56,218 nucleotides of DNA. It comes from a virus. Taxonomy: Duplodnaviria; Caudoviricetes. This document shows positions 39,663 to 50,444 of this stretch, one piece after another; the first letter of the stretch is position 1, and each line of letters begins with the position of its first letter. A model generated the notes under the pieces. It ran no database searches, was not told the origin of the DNA, and saw only the letters and a program-made list of their open reading frames with translations. The position numbers were made by a program, and so were the translations under genes. The stretch spans positions 1 through 56,218 of the IMG/VR virus record IMGVR_UViG_3300021961_000121; one strand, 5' to 3'.

Positions 39663-41114
39663 TTATTCTACATAGATGAAGATGTCACCAAGGGTAACAC
39701 GGATGTTACCATTGTAACGATAGTTAGCATCATCAGTAGTAACAACAGCTACAGCGTAAGCATCGGCACCGATTGTAGTTTGTTCAGAAACAGCGCCTTC
39801 AAAGTCAAATGCCCAACGAGAAGCGGACTGGTCCCAACCAAATGCAGTACCTTTACCTTCAACAACGATACCAGCATCAGCAGGAACACCTTGGTCGTTG
39901 AGAGAGATAAATTGGTCTTCAACTTCCAAATTAGTAGTTGAAATTGTAGTAGTTGTACCATTTACAGTCAAGTCGCCAGTCAATGTCAAAGATGCGAATG
40001 TTGGTGAATCACCAGATTGAAGACCGGTATCAACATCAGTTTGAACACCATTGATTGTAGCACGAACTGTACCTTGAGAAGGTGAAGAGAACGCTGAAGC
40101 GGAAACAACACCCTCGGCTGCCGTGATAGTCAATGTATTACCAGACATTACAGTAACAATACCATTACCACCTGCAATAGTTAATGCTTCTTCATTGTCA
40201 ATTACACCAGTACCAGTATCACCGTTTATATCCAAATCATAACTGGTTGAAACAAGAGCAGCAATGTCAGCAGCAATAGATGCTGAAGTTGATACGAATG
40301 CGCCAGAGATATCAGTTTTAGTAGCTGAAGCAAACATTACAGTGTCAATAGCACCAGCAGCGATATTTGCAGTCAAAGAAATGTTTGCACTACCATCAAA
40401 AGAAACACCTGTTGCAGTTACATCACCACCTGAAAGTGCGATTGTTCTTGCAGTAGCCAATACTGAAGCACTTGCAGCAGTACCAGTTGTATTTTGGTTA
40501 CCAGCGGTGTTTACACCTGGCAAGTTGATGTTAGCAGTACCATTGAATGATACACCACCAATTGTTCTTGCAGTTTCTAAAGCCGTAGCAGTAGAAGCAT
40601 TACCACGCAATGAACCGGTAATTCCTGTTAAAGAAATTTGGTCATCGAGGTTTACAGTAAGTGTATTAGTAGACCCCACAGTGGTGATGTTTGTACCACC
40701 TGCGATAGTAAATTGTTCTTCGTTTGTAATTACACCAGTACCACTATCACCACCAAAATCCAAATCGTAGCCAGTAGCTATGATACTTGCGATGTCAGCA
40801 GCAATAGATGCTGAAGTTGATACGAATGCACCAGAGATGTTTGTCTTGGTAGCAGATGCGAACATATTGGTGTCAATAGCACCAGTAGCAATATTCGCGT
40901 TTAATGTGACATTACCAGTACCATCAAAACTAACGCCTGTTGCGGTTACATCACCACCCGAAAGTGAAAATGTTCTTCCTGTTGCTAAGGCGGTAGCGGT
41001 AGAGGCATTGCCCGTTACATTACCTGTCAAGTTACCAGTAAATCCACCTGGTGCTTGAACCGTGTTTAGTACCGCGTTTGACCCCGATACTATGACTTTT
41101 TTCCATTCAGCCAT
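39663..41114 (-). CDS. Tail/virion fibre protein
   Basis: GNASTATALATGRT / ATALETARTI repeats, LTVNGTTTTI...VEDQFI.LN motif; AAGGAG SD. Confidence 0.75.
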   Translation of the reverse strand: MAEWKKVIVSGSNAVLNTVQAPGGFTGNLTGNVTGNASTATALATGRTFSLSGGDVTATGVSFDGTGNVTLNANIATGAIDTNMFASATKTNISGAFVSTSASIAADIASIIATGYDLDFGGDSGTGVITNEEQFTIAGGTNITTVGSTNTLTVNLDDQISLTGITGSLRGNASTATALETARTIGGVSFNGTANINLPGVNTAGNQNTTGTAASASVLATARTIALSGGDVTATGVSFDGSANISLTANIAAGAIDTVMFASATKTDISGAFVSTSASIAADIAALVSTSYDLDINGDTGTGVIDNEEALTIAGGNGIVTVMSGNTLTITAAEGVVSASAFSSPSQGTVRATINGVQTDVDTGLQSGDSPTFASLTLTGDLTVNGTTTTISTTNLEVEDQFISLNDQGVPADAGIVVEGKGTAFGWDQSASRWAFDFEGAVSEQTTIGADAYAVAVVTTDDANYRYNGNIRVTLGDIFIYVE

Positions 41115-41217
41115 TTTAATTCTCCTTTGTTTGTGTTAACACTTAAATAAATTGATATATCAATCGAAACTTGTTTTTAATCTCTAATAAGTATATCTGA
41201 CATCTCTAAAAATGGTT

Positions 41218-43290
41218 TTATTCGATTCCAAAATAAAATTCAGAACCAGAATAGAATATAGCACCACCAATTGCAGTAGGTGTTGTACTCATATTTGAAA
41301 GTACAATCATAGAACCACTAAATGAAGATGCCGTAATTGCATTTGTTGTAAATGAGCCAGAATCAGTTACTTGTTGTAAAGTACCAATACCACCACCTAC
41401 ACCACCACTACCAAACCCACTTGCAGCAGCAGATGCTGAAATGTATGAATCGGTAATTATGTTTGTAATGAATGATGGGTTAATGTAAGACGCAGTTAAA
41501 GCATTTATTGAGTTTTCGGCCCAAGATGATGTTCCAAATAACGAACCGGTAAATGATAAAGCTTCTACATTACCCAATACAAGTAAAGAACCCGTAAACT
41601 GATGTGTATCTCCTAAACTATCACCAAACATTGTAGACCCACTTGAGAACAAGGTAGTCATATATGTGATTGATGATGATACGATGTATGTTTCTGCGGT
41701 AATTGTATTTACCACCAAATCTTGACCAAAAAGGTTGGTTAGGATTTGAGCGGATGAACTTACAGTTCCAGCAGGAATAGTAGAACCGCCACTTCCAAAT
41801 CCAGCTGCAGCAGCGGATGCTGAAATAAAGGTTGGGTCAATGTAAGATGCGGTTAATACATTTTCAGCCCAAGATGATGTTCCAAAAAGAGAACCTGTAA
41901 AATCAGTTGCGATTATTGAACCGGTTACTTCTATATTATTATTAAAAGCAAACCCAAAACCACCGGCAACAAATGTAAGACCACCATTAGTTGTATTTTC
42001 TTCAATAGCATTAGTATAAAGAACATCATCAGTAATAATATAACCAGTAACATCAATCCAACCATTAACTTGTTGGTTTCCTTCAAATGTATTTGAACCT
42101 GTGGTGGCAACAGATGATGTAAACGCATTAAATGATGATGTATTTAATTTAGTATCGTATAATGTATTTATATCATCATTTGCAGATGCAGTAAATGCGT
42201 TTAGTGCAGAAATGTCGGTAGCAGTTCCAAATCCAGCTGCAGCAGCGGATGCCGAAATAAAGGTATCGGAGATAAAAGAGGCAGTCAAAGCACTCAACAC
42301 ATTCAGCGATGAAGTTTGAGATACTAATATGTATGAACTTGTAGCCGAATTTAATGCATCTAAACTCGTTTGAGCAGAGCCCGTAAAGTTATTAAGTCCA
42401 AGAAGGTCAATCGATTCTAAAGATACAATTCTACTCTCAAATCCACCTGAAATTGATGTAAACGCACCTGAAACATTGGTGATTAATGCGTATGAACTTG
42501 TAGCAGCTGTTAATGAGTCAACCTCACTTTGGATTGAACCTGTAAATGTATTAAGTGAAGAAATATCAGTATGCGATGAACTGATAAATCCTAAATCGGT
42601 AATTTGTTGAGATGATGATATAACACCAGATGGTAAGGTAGACCCAGTTGGGAGTGTTACCGTGTTACCATTTGAAATAGATAACTGGTCACCTACAATA
42701 GATAAAGTTTGTGAATCAGTTTCAGAAGTTAGATACGATGATGTAGCCGCAATCAAAGCGTCAATTTGAGCTTGAGCAGAACCACTAAAGTTGTTAAGAG
42801 CGGTGATGTCGGTATGTACACCCTCACCACTACCAAATCCACTTGCGGCAGCAGATGCTGAAATATAGGCATCTGTAATTATTAATTCAACTTGAGCTGA
42901 TGAACTTATAGTTCCGGCAGGAACTTCAGTCAAATAAGAACTTGTAGCTGAATTTAATGCGTCTAAACTTGTTTGAGCTGACCCCGTGAATGAATTAAGG
43001 GCGGATAAGTCAGTTCCACCTGAAGATGGAAACTCAAATGTAGCAAATGATGCTGAGTTTTCGAAACCACCATATCCTGGAGTTTCAAATGCTATAAATC
43101 GAGAAGCAACATATAGTTGATTCTCACTTTTTACATAGATGATTTGACCATCTAACAACCTATCTTCATAGATTGCGGCCATATTTGAAGCAGATGCTAC
43201 GGTAATCCATCCACCTTGAACATATTCAATGGAGGTAAACGAGCCCGATGCCCCACTTCTTACATAAATATCACCTGCGGTAGTTGCCAT
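41218..43290 (-). CDS. Ser/Thr-rich virion fibre protein with internal repeats
   Basis: ISASAAA[SA]GFG four times, repeated LN.FTGS.Q...D.L..ATSSY, FTGSLFGTSSWAEN twice. Confidence 0.72.
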   Translation of the reverse strand: MATTAGDIYVRSGASGSFTSIEYVQGGWITVASASNMAAIYEDRLLDGQIIYVKSENQLYVASRFIAFETPGYGGFENSASFATFEFPSSGGTDLSALNSFTGSAQTSLDALNSATSSYLTEVPAGTISSSAQVELIITDAYISASAAASGFGSGEGVHTDITALNNFSGSAQAQIDALIAATSSYLTSETDSQTLSIVGDQLSISNGNTVTLPTGSTLPSGVISSSQQITDLGFISSSHTDISSLNTFTGSIQSEVDSLTAATSSYALITNVSGAFTSISGGFESRIVSLESIDLLGLNNFTGSAQTSLDALNSATSSYILVSQTSSLNVLSALTASFISDTFISASAAAAGFGTATDISALNAFTASANDDINTLYDTKLNTSSFNAFTSSVATTGSNTFEGNQQVNGWIDVTGYIITDDVLYTNAIEENTTNGGLTFVAGGFGFAFNNNIEVTGSIIATDFTGSLFGTSSWAENVLTASYIDPTFISASAAAAGFGSGGSTIPAGTVSSSAQILTNLFGQDLVVNTITAETYIVSSSITYMTTLFSSGSTMFGDSLGDTHQFTGSLLVLGNVEALSFTGSLFGTSSWAENSINALTASYINPSFITNIITDSYISASAAASGFGSGGVGGGIGTLQQVTDSGSFTTNAITASSFSGSMIVLSNMSTTPTAIGGAIFYSGSEFYFGIE

Positions 43291-43306
43291 CTAATTATTC
43301 TCCTTG

Positions 43307-46300
43307 TTATGGTGCGGATGCGGTATCCGGCATTAAATAGTATCTTGTGTTGTTGGTGTTTTTACCTTCGGCGAAAATCATACCCCACTTGGAATAACCT
43401 TGATACGAATTTTCTAAATCAAAATAGTAAACACCAGTACCAATTGTTCCAGGAATGGCAGCATCTTTAGCATATACATAGTATTCATTTGCAGTTCCTG
43501 TTGAATCTGGTGGTACTCCATCATACATACTTGCGGGTTTTCCACCCAAGTTAGAAGCCGATGGGAAAATAATCAACAATCTATTAGAACCACCACTAAA
43601 ATTAAAGTACCCAAGTGTTGAAATACCGGCAGCAGATGAATCGGACATTGTTGATAAAGATGCAGATGCAAATAGAGTTGCAGTTCCACCAACATATGAT
43701 GGTGAGAATGTGGTTTGACCAATAGAACCACTTTGTAACATTGCTATCAACGAACCACTTGTTATTGCAACACCATCACCACCAACATCACCGGCTGATG
43801 AGAAGAATGTGGATTCGTTTGCAGCAGAACCGCCGTTCCAACCATATCCATAAACAAGACCAACTGGGTCAGATATAGTCAAACTTCTATTATAAGTTGT
43901 AGATTTTCCGTGAGTATCAAATACGGAAGCGGAGTAGTTTAAGGTAGTTCCATTACCAATTGCACTTACATTTTTAATATAGTAAGATGATGAGTTAGCG
44001 TTTTGAGGAACAAGAACCAAATCACCGGCATTAGAACCACCCAATGACGCGGAATATGGCGTATCAGATTCAGTATCCGAAATAGTGAAACTCACCAAGT
44101 TAGTGTTTTCTGAAATTGATGCAGTTAAATTGGCACCTATATTTGTAAATACGGCAGTAGGAGCTTGGTTAGCGCTTACATTTATTGTAATACTACCACT
44201 ACCAATATTATTGTATTGGTCACGGAAAGTTATAGTTGATGTAAAAGTTTGGCCCGAAGTATAAGACCCACTCACATTTTGTGCTATCGACAAAGCTCCA
44301 GCAGTTGTTACATTAACAAGTGCGTTTGATGATGTAAATGAAGCAACTGCGGCCGAATTGTATGATGGTGAGTAAGTAACATTCAAATCACCCTGCGTTC
44401 CACTCCAACCATTTGAATTAGTATAGATTAATGCTCCACTTCTAGCGGTTTCAATTACATAGAATGTTCCATTTGTCGTAAGAGAGCCGGTTGATGCTTG
44501 TGCTATTGTAAATGTGTGAGTTTCGGTATTAGTTCTAAATCCGTGATTATCTTTAATACTTGCAGTAATTTGATATGTAGTTGAACCACTTAAAGTATTT
44601 TTAGCTTGTACTTGGTGACCTCCGCCAGTATATATTGCGTTCAATTGACCACTTGGGTCTGTAAAGGTAAATGTATTTGGGTCTGGCGTATCACCATCAA
44701 GAGAATCACTATAACCAATTGTAACTAATAAACTACCACTTCTTGCACCATTTGTATTCAAGTTAGCCGTGGTGTTTGTAAATGTCAAATCAGGAGCGCT
44801 ATTTTTTTCAACATAAACTACATAGTCAAAGTATTGTTTTGTAGTTTCAAATGCGTGTTCGGATGCGGTTACTTCAACATTTATTGTACTGCCCGATGTA
44901 TAGATAGAACCACTAATATTTTGATTAGCTTGAAAATATACTTGAGAGCCGGTAGTAGCATTAAATTTAATCATATCACCGGTGGATGAAATTTCCCATC
45001 GTTGAGAAACACTTGAAAACAAATAAGCAGAACTACCATTTAGTCCCAAAGGAACTCCACCTTCGATTTTAACATAATTGTTAGTAACCGCAGATTCAAT
45101 AATATGTAATGTGTTAAAATTATCAGTTACTGCGGTTGCAGAATCGGCTGAAATTGGAATTGTAATAAGACCCGTATCAGTTGTAGAGTTGTATGAGTCA
45201 CGAACTGAAACTTGATACACATATCTATCAGCTATATCGGAATTCAAATAAACACCCGTTTTACGAGTAACCACCCCACTTGAGTTTGCTTGGAACGGGT
45301 CTGCGTGTGGGTCGTACAATGATGTACCACCCAATGAAGATGTGATATTAGTACCAACACTATTCAAATAAGCACTTACTAAAGTAAAGTTAGAGAATGT
45401 GATTGTATCACCTTCCGAATCAGTAGCGGTTATACTTCCTACAGTTGTTCCATCTGAAGAATTTTCATTTATAGAACTTAAAGTTTGGTCATTTACAACT
45501 GGAATAACATTATCTACAACCTGAATTAAAATTGGCAAGGATGTAATTGTGGTAGAGTCATCACCGGATGTATAGTGTTCATCTTCAACCGTCATTGTAA
45601 ATGAGTAACTTGTAGTATTTTCATAATCCAATGAGGCGGTAGCTTGACTAATTACTACATTTGTAGCATTAACAGTAGCGGAAAACTCTGAAGGGATTGA
45701 CCCTGTATTTACAACAAGTGTATCACTTTCTGCATCCGTAAAGTAAACCGTGAATTTGGCGCCAGCAGTTGAGTTTTCGTTGAGTGAAGCAGTATAGCTT
45801 GAGATAACCGAACCCGCGATTGAAGTTTGCCTCCAAACAGGAGCGGTATTAGGATTAACACGAATGTAAATGGTTTTAGAATCAACACCATTAAATGTAT
45901 CAACCGCTTCAATCAAGAATGGATGTGAACCTGACCCCGGTGTATTGTCGGTGTTCATCGAAGAAGTTGACTTTGTATTTAATGTTACTTGCCCTGCACT
46001 TGAAATTCTGAAGAAGTCAGAGGTGTAACCGCTTGATGTTCTAAATGTGATAGATTGACCTTCCGCATCAGTCGCAGATACAGTACCCACAACCGAACCA
46101 CTCGTTACAAATTCTTGGATTGTAAATCCGGTGGTTGTGATTACAGGAACACTATTTGGGAAAAATACCTTCTCAATAAAATTAGCAAGCGAACCACTTG
46201 TTCCGAAATTTACATTGTAGATGCCGGATGGTAAATTTGTATTTGATACAGTTCTATTACCATCAAAATCAGACAACCCTTGAACATACGATGCGGTTTC

Positions 46301-46918
46301 AGATGTACCACCACCAAACCCACTTCTTACAGCAGATGCTGAAATATAAGAATCAGTAATTACGGATTCTATTTGGGTTGATGATGACACCAATCCGCTT
46401 GGCTTTCCACTCAAATCATCCCAAGTAGAAACACCAGCAGAACCAGTATTGATTGTCACCGTAATAGCGTTACCACTATTAGTTGCGGTTACAGCATTAC
46501 CAACAAAATCGATACTACGAACATTTTCAGAAAGAACACTACCTTCATCAGATGCTGTGATTGCCAGACCTGAACCACCAACACCGCCACCGGCGAGAGA
46601 TGACAGGTCTACGGAGTTACCATTTGAGATGGTTAACGCATTTGTAGATGAGTTAAAAGAAAGTGTTTGTTGGTCTAAATCAGTACCATTTTCTAAATTT
46701 ACGATTCGGTCAACAATTGATGCTGACACCGATGGGAATGTATTTTCTCTAAAGTAGGTGTTTGCTACAATAGAATTTTTTTGAAAAGCTGAAATAGTGG
46801 TTGGTTTATTCTGAATTTGCGTGTAATTAATTTGCGCTGATGAAGACACAACACCATTTGTTGATGTTAAATCTCCTGTAAAAGAACCACTAAATGAACC
46901 CGTGTAGTCAAATGGCAT
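43307..46918 (-). CDS. Virion protein with tandem cadherin-like/Ig-like domains
   Basis: VGTVSATDAEG, NTAPVW...SLNENS, LDYENTTSYSFTMTVED, INENSSDGTTVGSITATDSEG. Confidence 0.78.
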   Translation of the reverse strand: MPFDYTGSFSGSFTGDLTSTNGVVSSSAQINYTQIQNKPTTISAFQKNSIVANTYFRENTFPSVSASIVDRIVNLENGTDLDQQTLSFNSSTNALTISNGNSVDLSSLAGGGVGGSGLAITASDEGSVLSENVRSIDFVGNAVTATNSGNAITVTINTGSAGVSTWDDLSGKPSGLVSSSTQIESVITDSYISASAVRSGFGGGTSETASYVQGLSDFDGNRTVSNTNLPSGIYNVNFGTSGSLANFIEKVFFPNSVPVITTTGFTIQEFVTSGSVVGTVSATDAEGQSITFRTSSGYTSDFFRISSAGQVTLNTKSTSSMNTDNTPGSGSHPFLIEAVDTFNGVDSKTIYIRVNPNTAPVWRQTSIAGSVISSYTASLNENSTAGAKFTVYFTDAESDTLVVNTGSIPSEFSATVNATNVVISQATASLDYENTTSYSFTMTVEDEHYTSGDDSTTITSLPILIQVVDNVIPVVNDQTLSSINENSSDGTTVGSITATDSEGDTITFSNFTLVSAYLNSVGTNITSSLGGTSLYDPHADPFQANSSGVVTRKTGVYLNSDIADRYVYQVSVRDSYNSTTDTGLITIPISADSATAVTDNFNTLHIIESAVTNNYVKIEGGVPLGLNGSSAYLFSSVSQRWEISSTGDMIKFNATTGSQVYFQANQNISGSIYTSGSTINVEVTASEHAFETTKQYFDYVVYVEKNSAPDLTFTNTTANLNTNGARSGSLLVTIGYSDSLDGDTPDPNTFTFTDPSGQLNAIYTGGGHQVQAKNTLSGSTTYQITASIKDNHGFRTNTETHTFTIAQASTGSLTTNGTFYVIETARSGALIYTNSNGWSGTQGDLNVTYSPSYNSAAVASFTSSNALVNVTTAGALSIAQNVSGSYTSGQTFTSTITFRDQYNNIGSGSITINVSANQAPTAVFTNIGANLTASISENTNLVSFTISDTESDTPYSASLGGSNAGDLVLVPQNANSSSYYIKNVSAIGNGTTLNYSASVFDTHGKSTTYNRSLTISDPVGLVYGYGWNGGSAANESTFFSSAGDVGGDGVAITSGSLIAMLQSGSIGQTTFSPSYVGGTATLFASASLSTMSDSSAAGISTLGYFNFSGGSNRLLIIFPSASNLGGKPASMYDGVPPDSTGTANEYYVYAKDAAIPGTIGTGVYYFDLENSYQGYSKWGMIFAEGKNTNNTRYYLMPDTASAP

Positions 46919-46953
46919 TGATTTCTCCGATAATTAAATACTTTACCTCACTA

Positions 46954-46961
46954 TATAAATA
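46954..46961 (-). promoter_or_regulatory. Putative late promoter motif TATTTATA
   Basis: Intergenic; context identical to the 24947 copy. Confidence 0.65.
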
Positions 46962-46980
46962 GTAAGATTTTCTTCGGAAC

Positions 46981-47646
46981 TTATTGGTACGAATACAATA
47001 ATTTCAAGACCTCATCAAGCGCTTCGTGGCGATGGTTGTCTTTAAGAGTCGTTGTATATACATATCTCGAATCTTTTAATTTCGGAACTTCGTGGATTGC
47101 TGAATCGTTTGAAAACTTCAAGTCAATTTGTTGAGGGTCGCCTGTGAGAATCATAGTAGAACCTTTACCCAATCTACCTAATACCATTGCAAGTTGTTGT
47201 TTAGTTAAATTTTGGAATTCATCCACAATACAAATTGCGTTATCAAATGTTCTACCTCTAAAGTGAGTGAGAGATACTAACTCAACATTTTCATCTTTTT
47301 CCATTCTATCCAAAACATCAGGTTTATTGTAAACCTTTCTCATATTGGAACGGATTGGAACTAACCAAGGTTCTAATTTTTCTTCAAGTGAGCCGGGAAG
47401 GAATCCGTTATCTTCATTTGAAACCGTTGGTCTTGTTATAATGATTTTATTTATTTGTCTTTTAAAGAACGCATCCAACGCAACTTGAACTGCGAGTAAG
47501 GTTTTACCACTACCGGCCTTTCCTAATACAAAATTAAATGGATGTTGGAGGATTTGTGATTTTGCAACTTTTTGTTCTTCTGATAGGGAGAGTGAGAATT
47601 TAATATCACCCTTTGGTACTCTCTTTTCTACATTTTCTGCAGCCAT
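46981..47646 (-). CDS. phoH: PhoH-family ATPase
   Basis: GKAGSGKTLLA, ITRPTV, GFLPG, RGRTF, DEFQN, GDPQQIDL. Confidence 0.95.
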   Translation of the reverse strand: MAAENVEKRVPKGDIKFSLSLSEEQKVAKSQILQHPFNFVLGKAGSGKTLLAVQVALDAFFKRQINKIIITRPTVSNEDNGFLPGSLEEKLEPWLVPIRSNMRKVYNKPDVLDRMEKDENVELVSLTHFRGRTFDNAICIVDEFQNLTKQQLAMVLGRLGKGSTMILTGDPQQIDLKFSNDSAIHEVPKLKDSRYVYTTTLKDNHRHEALDEVLKLLYSYQ

Positions 47647-47703
47647 ATATTTCCTTCCGTTGAGGGGTGTAACATTGTTTAATATAAGTATCCAATGGGT
47701 AAT

Positions 47704-47732
47704 AAAAAAGGGGGTCGAAATCGACCCCCTTT
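47704..47732 (-). terminator. Intrinsic terminator after major capsid gene
   Basis: AAAGGGGGTCG-ATTT-CGACCCCCTTTTTT on minus strand. Confidence 0.9.
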
Positions 47733-47757
47733 AGTAAAGATTATGTTAATCTCTCAA

Positions 47758-49401
47758 TTAAGAGAAGATTTCCAAACCGTGAACATATACTTTACCGTAG
47801 AACTCACCACGAACCATTTGCTTGGCGTAACGAGTCATCACACCTTTTCTTGGTTGGAAGTTCTTTGGGTCGTATACCAAAGGAGTCATAATCAAAGGAA
47901 TGTAAGGAGCGTATACAGCACCAGTTTCCAAGAATTGTGAACCTTTGAAGCCCATCAAGATAACATTTTCTTGCATATATGGGTTCTTGTAAACTTCGTA
48001 ACGATTAGCGAACGAACCTACTTGAGAAACACCCATAGCAAACTTCATTTCGTTACCAGTACCACTTGCAGCGAAACCTGGGATAGATTCCAATACAGTA
48101 GCTACATCAGGAGAAACAACCATAAAGTTAGCACCACCACGCATTGTCTTGGCGTGAATTTGGTTAGAAACTCTCTGAAGTTGAGTACCCAATGTCTGGA
48201 ACCACTGCTGTTGAGTGTAACGCTCAACTGCGGCGTTCAAGCCAGAAGATGTGAAGCCAGTACCATTCCAAGAGTAACCGATACGAGCAGACCAGTAACC
48301 AGTAGTTAAGGCGTTCTCCATCAACATATCCAAGATTTCGAGGTCGATTTCTTGAGAGATGTACTCTGACAACATTGAAGTCAATTCGGCTTCAGCGTCA
48401 ATTGAGTGGTAAGCGTTCAAATCTTGAGCGAATTCAGGAGTCCATTGTGCCTTCAACTTACGGGTCTTAGCAACGATAGGTACACTTCTCAACTCAACAT
48501 TCAATTCAGGAATACCCAAGTCAGTTTCAGGGTTAGCACCAAAACCAGCGGTAGTTTGTTCGAAATCACCACGAGTGATGTCAGTTGGTTGCTTTTGGTA
48601 GTAAACACCATTGATGTCACCAGCAACACCTGATACTGAAGCAACCATAGTCAACAAACCAGCAGCGTTGAGTTTAGTGAATTGGTTGTAAGTAGTAACG
48701 CCAGAACCTGACAATACGAAAGCTTTTACACCTTCAGCATCATAACCATCAAGGTCACGAGAAGCTGACATTTGAACTACGAAGAACTCGTCACCAGCAA
48801 CAACACCAGGACCATATACTGAAGCAGACCAAGCAGTATCGTAATCGTAGTTAGCAACGGCTAAAGATGATGTAGTGAACTTGTCAGTTGCATCAGCGGC
48901 AGCTAAAGCCAAAGCTTGTGAAGTTTGGTTGATAGTGTAACCGAAACGGCCAGCACCATACAAACCACCAGAAGCTTGGTCAGCAGTTTCGGTAACACCG
49001 AATACAGAGTCAGCTTGTGAGTTTTTACCAGCACCAGTAGTGAAACCGGCTTGTTCAGTACCATACTTGAAATCCAAGTAGAATACAAGACCAGAAGGTA
49101 AGTTCATAGGTTGTACGCTAACGAACTCTTTTGCAGCGATTTCGCTGAAGATACGGCGTACTAATGGAAGAGCGACACCAGCCCACTCTTCAGAGTTTGC
49201 AGAAGTACCAGTAGCAGAAGCTTCAGATACTAATTGCTTTGCTTGGTTTTCCAACAAAGTGGCGATACCAGCTCTTTCGAAATCGGTAGAAATACCTTCC
49301 AAAAGACCAGTTTTTTCCCACTTGGCTACGAGGCCTTTAGCTTCGTCAGCCATTTTTTTGTTGAAACCAGCAGATTCATTTAATAAAGAATTTGTGTTCA
49401 T
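47758..49401 (-). CDS. Major capsid protein (T4 gp23-like)
   Basis: LLENQ, LPLVRR, VQPMNLPSGLVF, AKTRKLKAQWTPEFAQDL, YAPYIPL, FQPRKGVMTRY. Confidence 0.96.
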   Translation of the reverse strand: MNTNSLLNESAGFNKKMADEAKGLVAKWEKTGLLEGISTDFERAGIATLLENQAKQLVSEASATGTSANSEEWAGVALPLVRRIFSEIAAKEFVSVQPMNLPSGLVFYLDFKYGTEQAGFTTGAGKNSQADSVFGVTETADQASGGLYGAGRFGYTINQTSQALALAAADATDKFTTSSLAVANYDYDTAWSASVYGPGVVAGDEFFVVQMSASRDLDGYDAEGVKAFVLSGSGVTTYNQFTKLNAAGLLTMVASVSGVAGDINGVYYQKQPTDITRGDFEQTTAGFGANPETDLGIPELNVELRSVPIVAKTRKLKAQWTPEFAQDLNAYHSIDAEAELTSMLSEYISQEIDLEILDMLMENALTTGYWSARIGYSWNGTGFTSSGLNAAVERYTQQQWFQTLGTQLQRVSNQIHAKTMRGGANFMVVSPDVATVLESIPGFAASGTGNEMKFAMGVSQVGSFANRYEVYKNPYMQENVILMGFKGSQFLETGAVYAPYIPLIMTPLVYDPKNFQPRKGVMTRYAKQMVRGEFYGKVYVHGLEIFS

Positions 49402-49433
49402 CTTATTAATCCTTTTCTTTAGGTTTTTTAAAT

Positions 49434-50444
49434 TTACTTAATTAAACCAGCTAACTTCTTAAATCTATCAGCTACAGCAGTACCTTCAGAAATGATTTTC
49501 TTTGGTGCGCTTGACTTTGTAGGTTTAGAAGCGAGTGATTCTTTAACAACTGTTTTAGGTTTGCGAGCAACATTCAAGTTTTCACCCAATGTAGCGTAAA
49601 CCAATTTTACTTCTCTTAAAGATGCAGCTCTATCGAAGTTCTCGATAACTTTCATCTTTTGGCCTTCGTTCAAATCGAAAGTTCTGAACAACTTGTTGGT
49701 GTAAAGAAGTTTAGCGTTCAACAAATTAACTTCGTTGATTGTCTTCTTCAAAGATGTGATAACTCTATAAGCTTCTTCCAACTCTGCAGCGGTTTCATCT
49801 TCTTCAGTTACTTCTTCTTCTTCAGTTACTTCTTCTTCATCTGCCATTTCCTTCAAGGTACGGATGATTTCGTTGATGTCTAATTCTTCTTCATCTTCAG
49901 TTACTTCTTCACCTTTTTCGGCATCACCATCAAGGTCCATACCCATTTCAGCTTCAGCATCTTCCAACTCATCTTCTTCAGATACAACTTCTTCATCGTC
50001 ACCTTCAAGTGCAGCTTCCAACTCAGCGATTACTGATTCGAGGTCGAGTTCATCTTCTTCGGTGTCTTCTTCTTCAGCACCGGTCAAGTCGTACTCTTCA
50101 CCATCTTCTTCAGAACCCATCTCTGTAGCGTCTTCACCTTCGGCGGCCATCTCTTCTTCAGCTTCTTCACCTTCTTCAGTCATATCTTCTTCAGATACTT
50201 CCTCTTCAGAACCCATCTCATCTTCAGAATACATTTCTTCTTCTTCCATTGCGGGTACTTCAGCGGTCATATCTTCTTCAGATACTTCTTCTTCATCTTC
50301 TAACTCTTCAGCGAGTTTGTGAGATAACATAGATTGAAGTTTTGGTGTGAAAGCTTCTTCAAGAGCCATTTTAGCGTTTGCTAATGCAGTTTCCTTAACG
50401 GCTTTGGCATCAGCGATTGCTTCTTTTAACAAATCTGATTTCAT
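49434..50444 (-). CDS. Prohead core/scaffold protein
   Basis: Highly acidic, many [VLI]xE sites, directly upstream of MCP; AGGAG SD. Confidence 0.82.
   Translation of the reverse strand: MKSDLLKEAIADAKAVKETALANAKMALEEAFTPKLQSMLSHKLAEELEDEEEVSEEDMTAEVPAMEEEEMYSEDEMGSEEEVSEEDMTEEGEEAEEEMAAEGEDATEMGSEEDGEEYDLTGAEEEDTEEDELDLESVIAELEAALEGDDEEVVSEEDELEDAEAEMGMDLDGDAEKGEEVTEDEEELDINEIIRTLKEMADEEEVTEEEEVTEEDETAAELEEAYRVITSLKKTINEVNLLNAKLLYTNKLFRTFDLNEGQKMKVIENFDRAASLREVKLVYATLGENLNVARKPKTVVKESLASKPTKSSAPKKIISEGTAVADRFKKLAGLIK

Noticed and set aside
46981-47646. phoH as a novelty
   Set aside because: Common in large aquatic phages.
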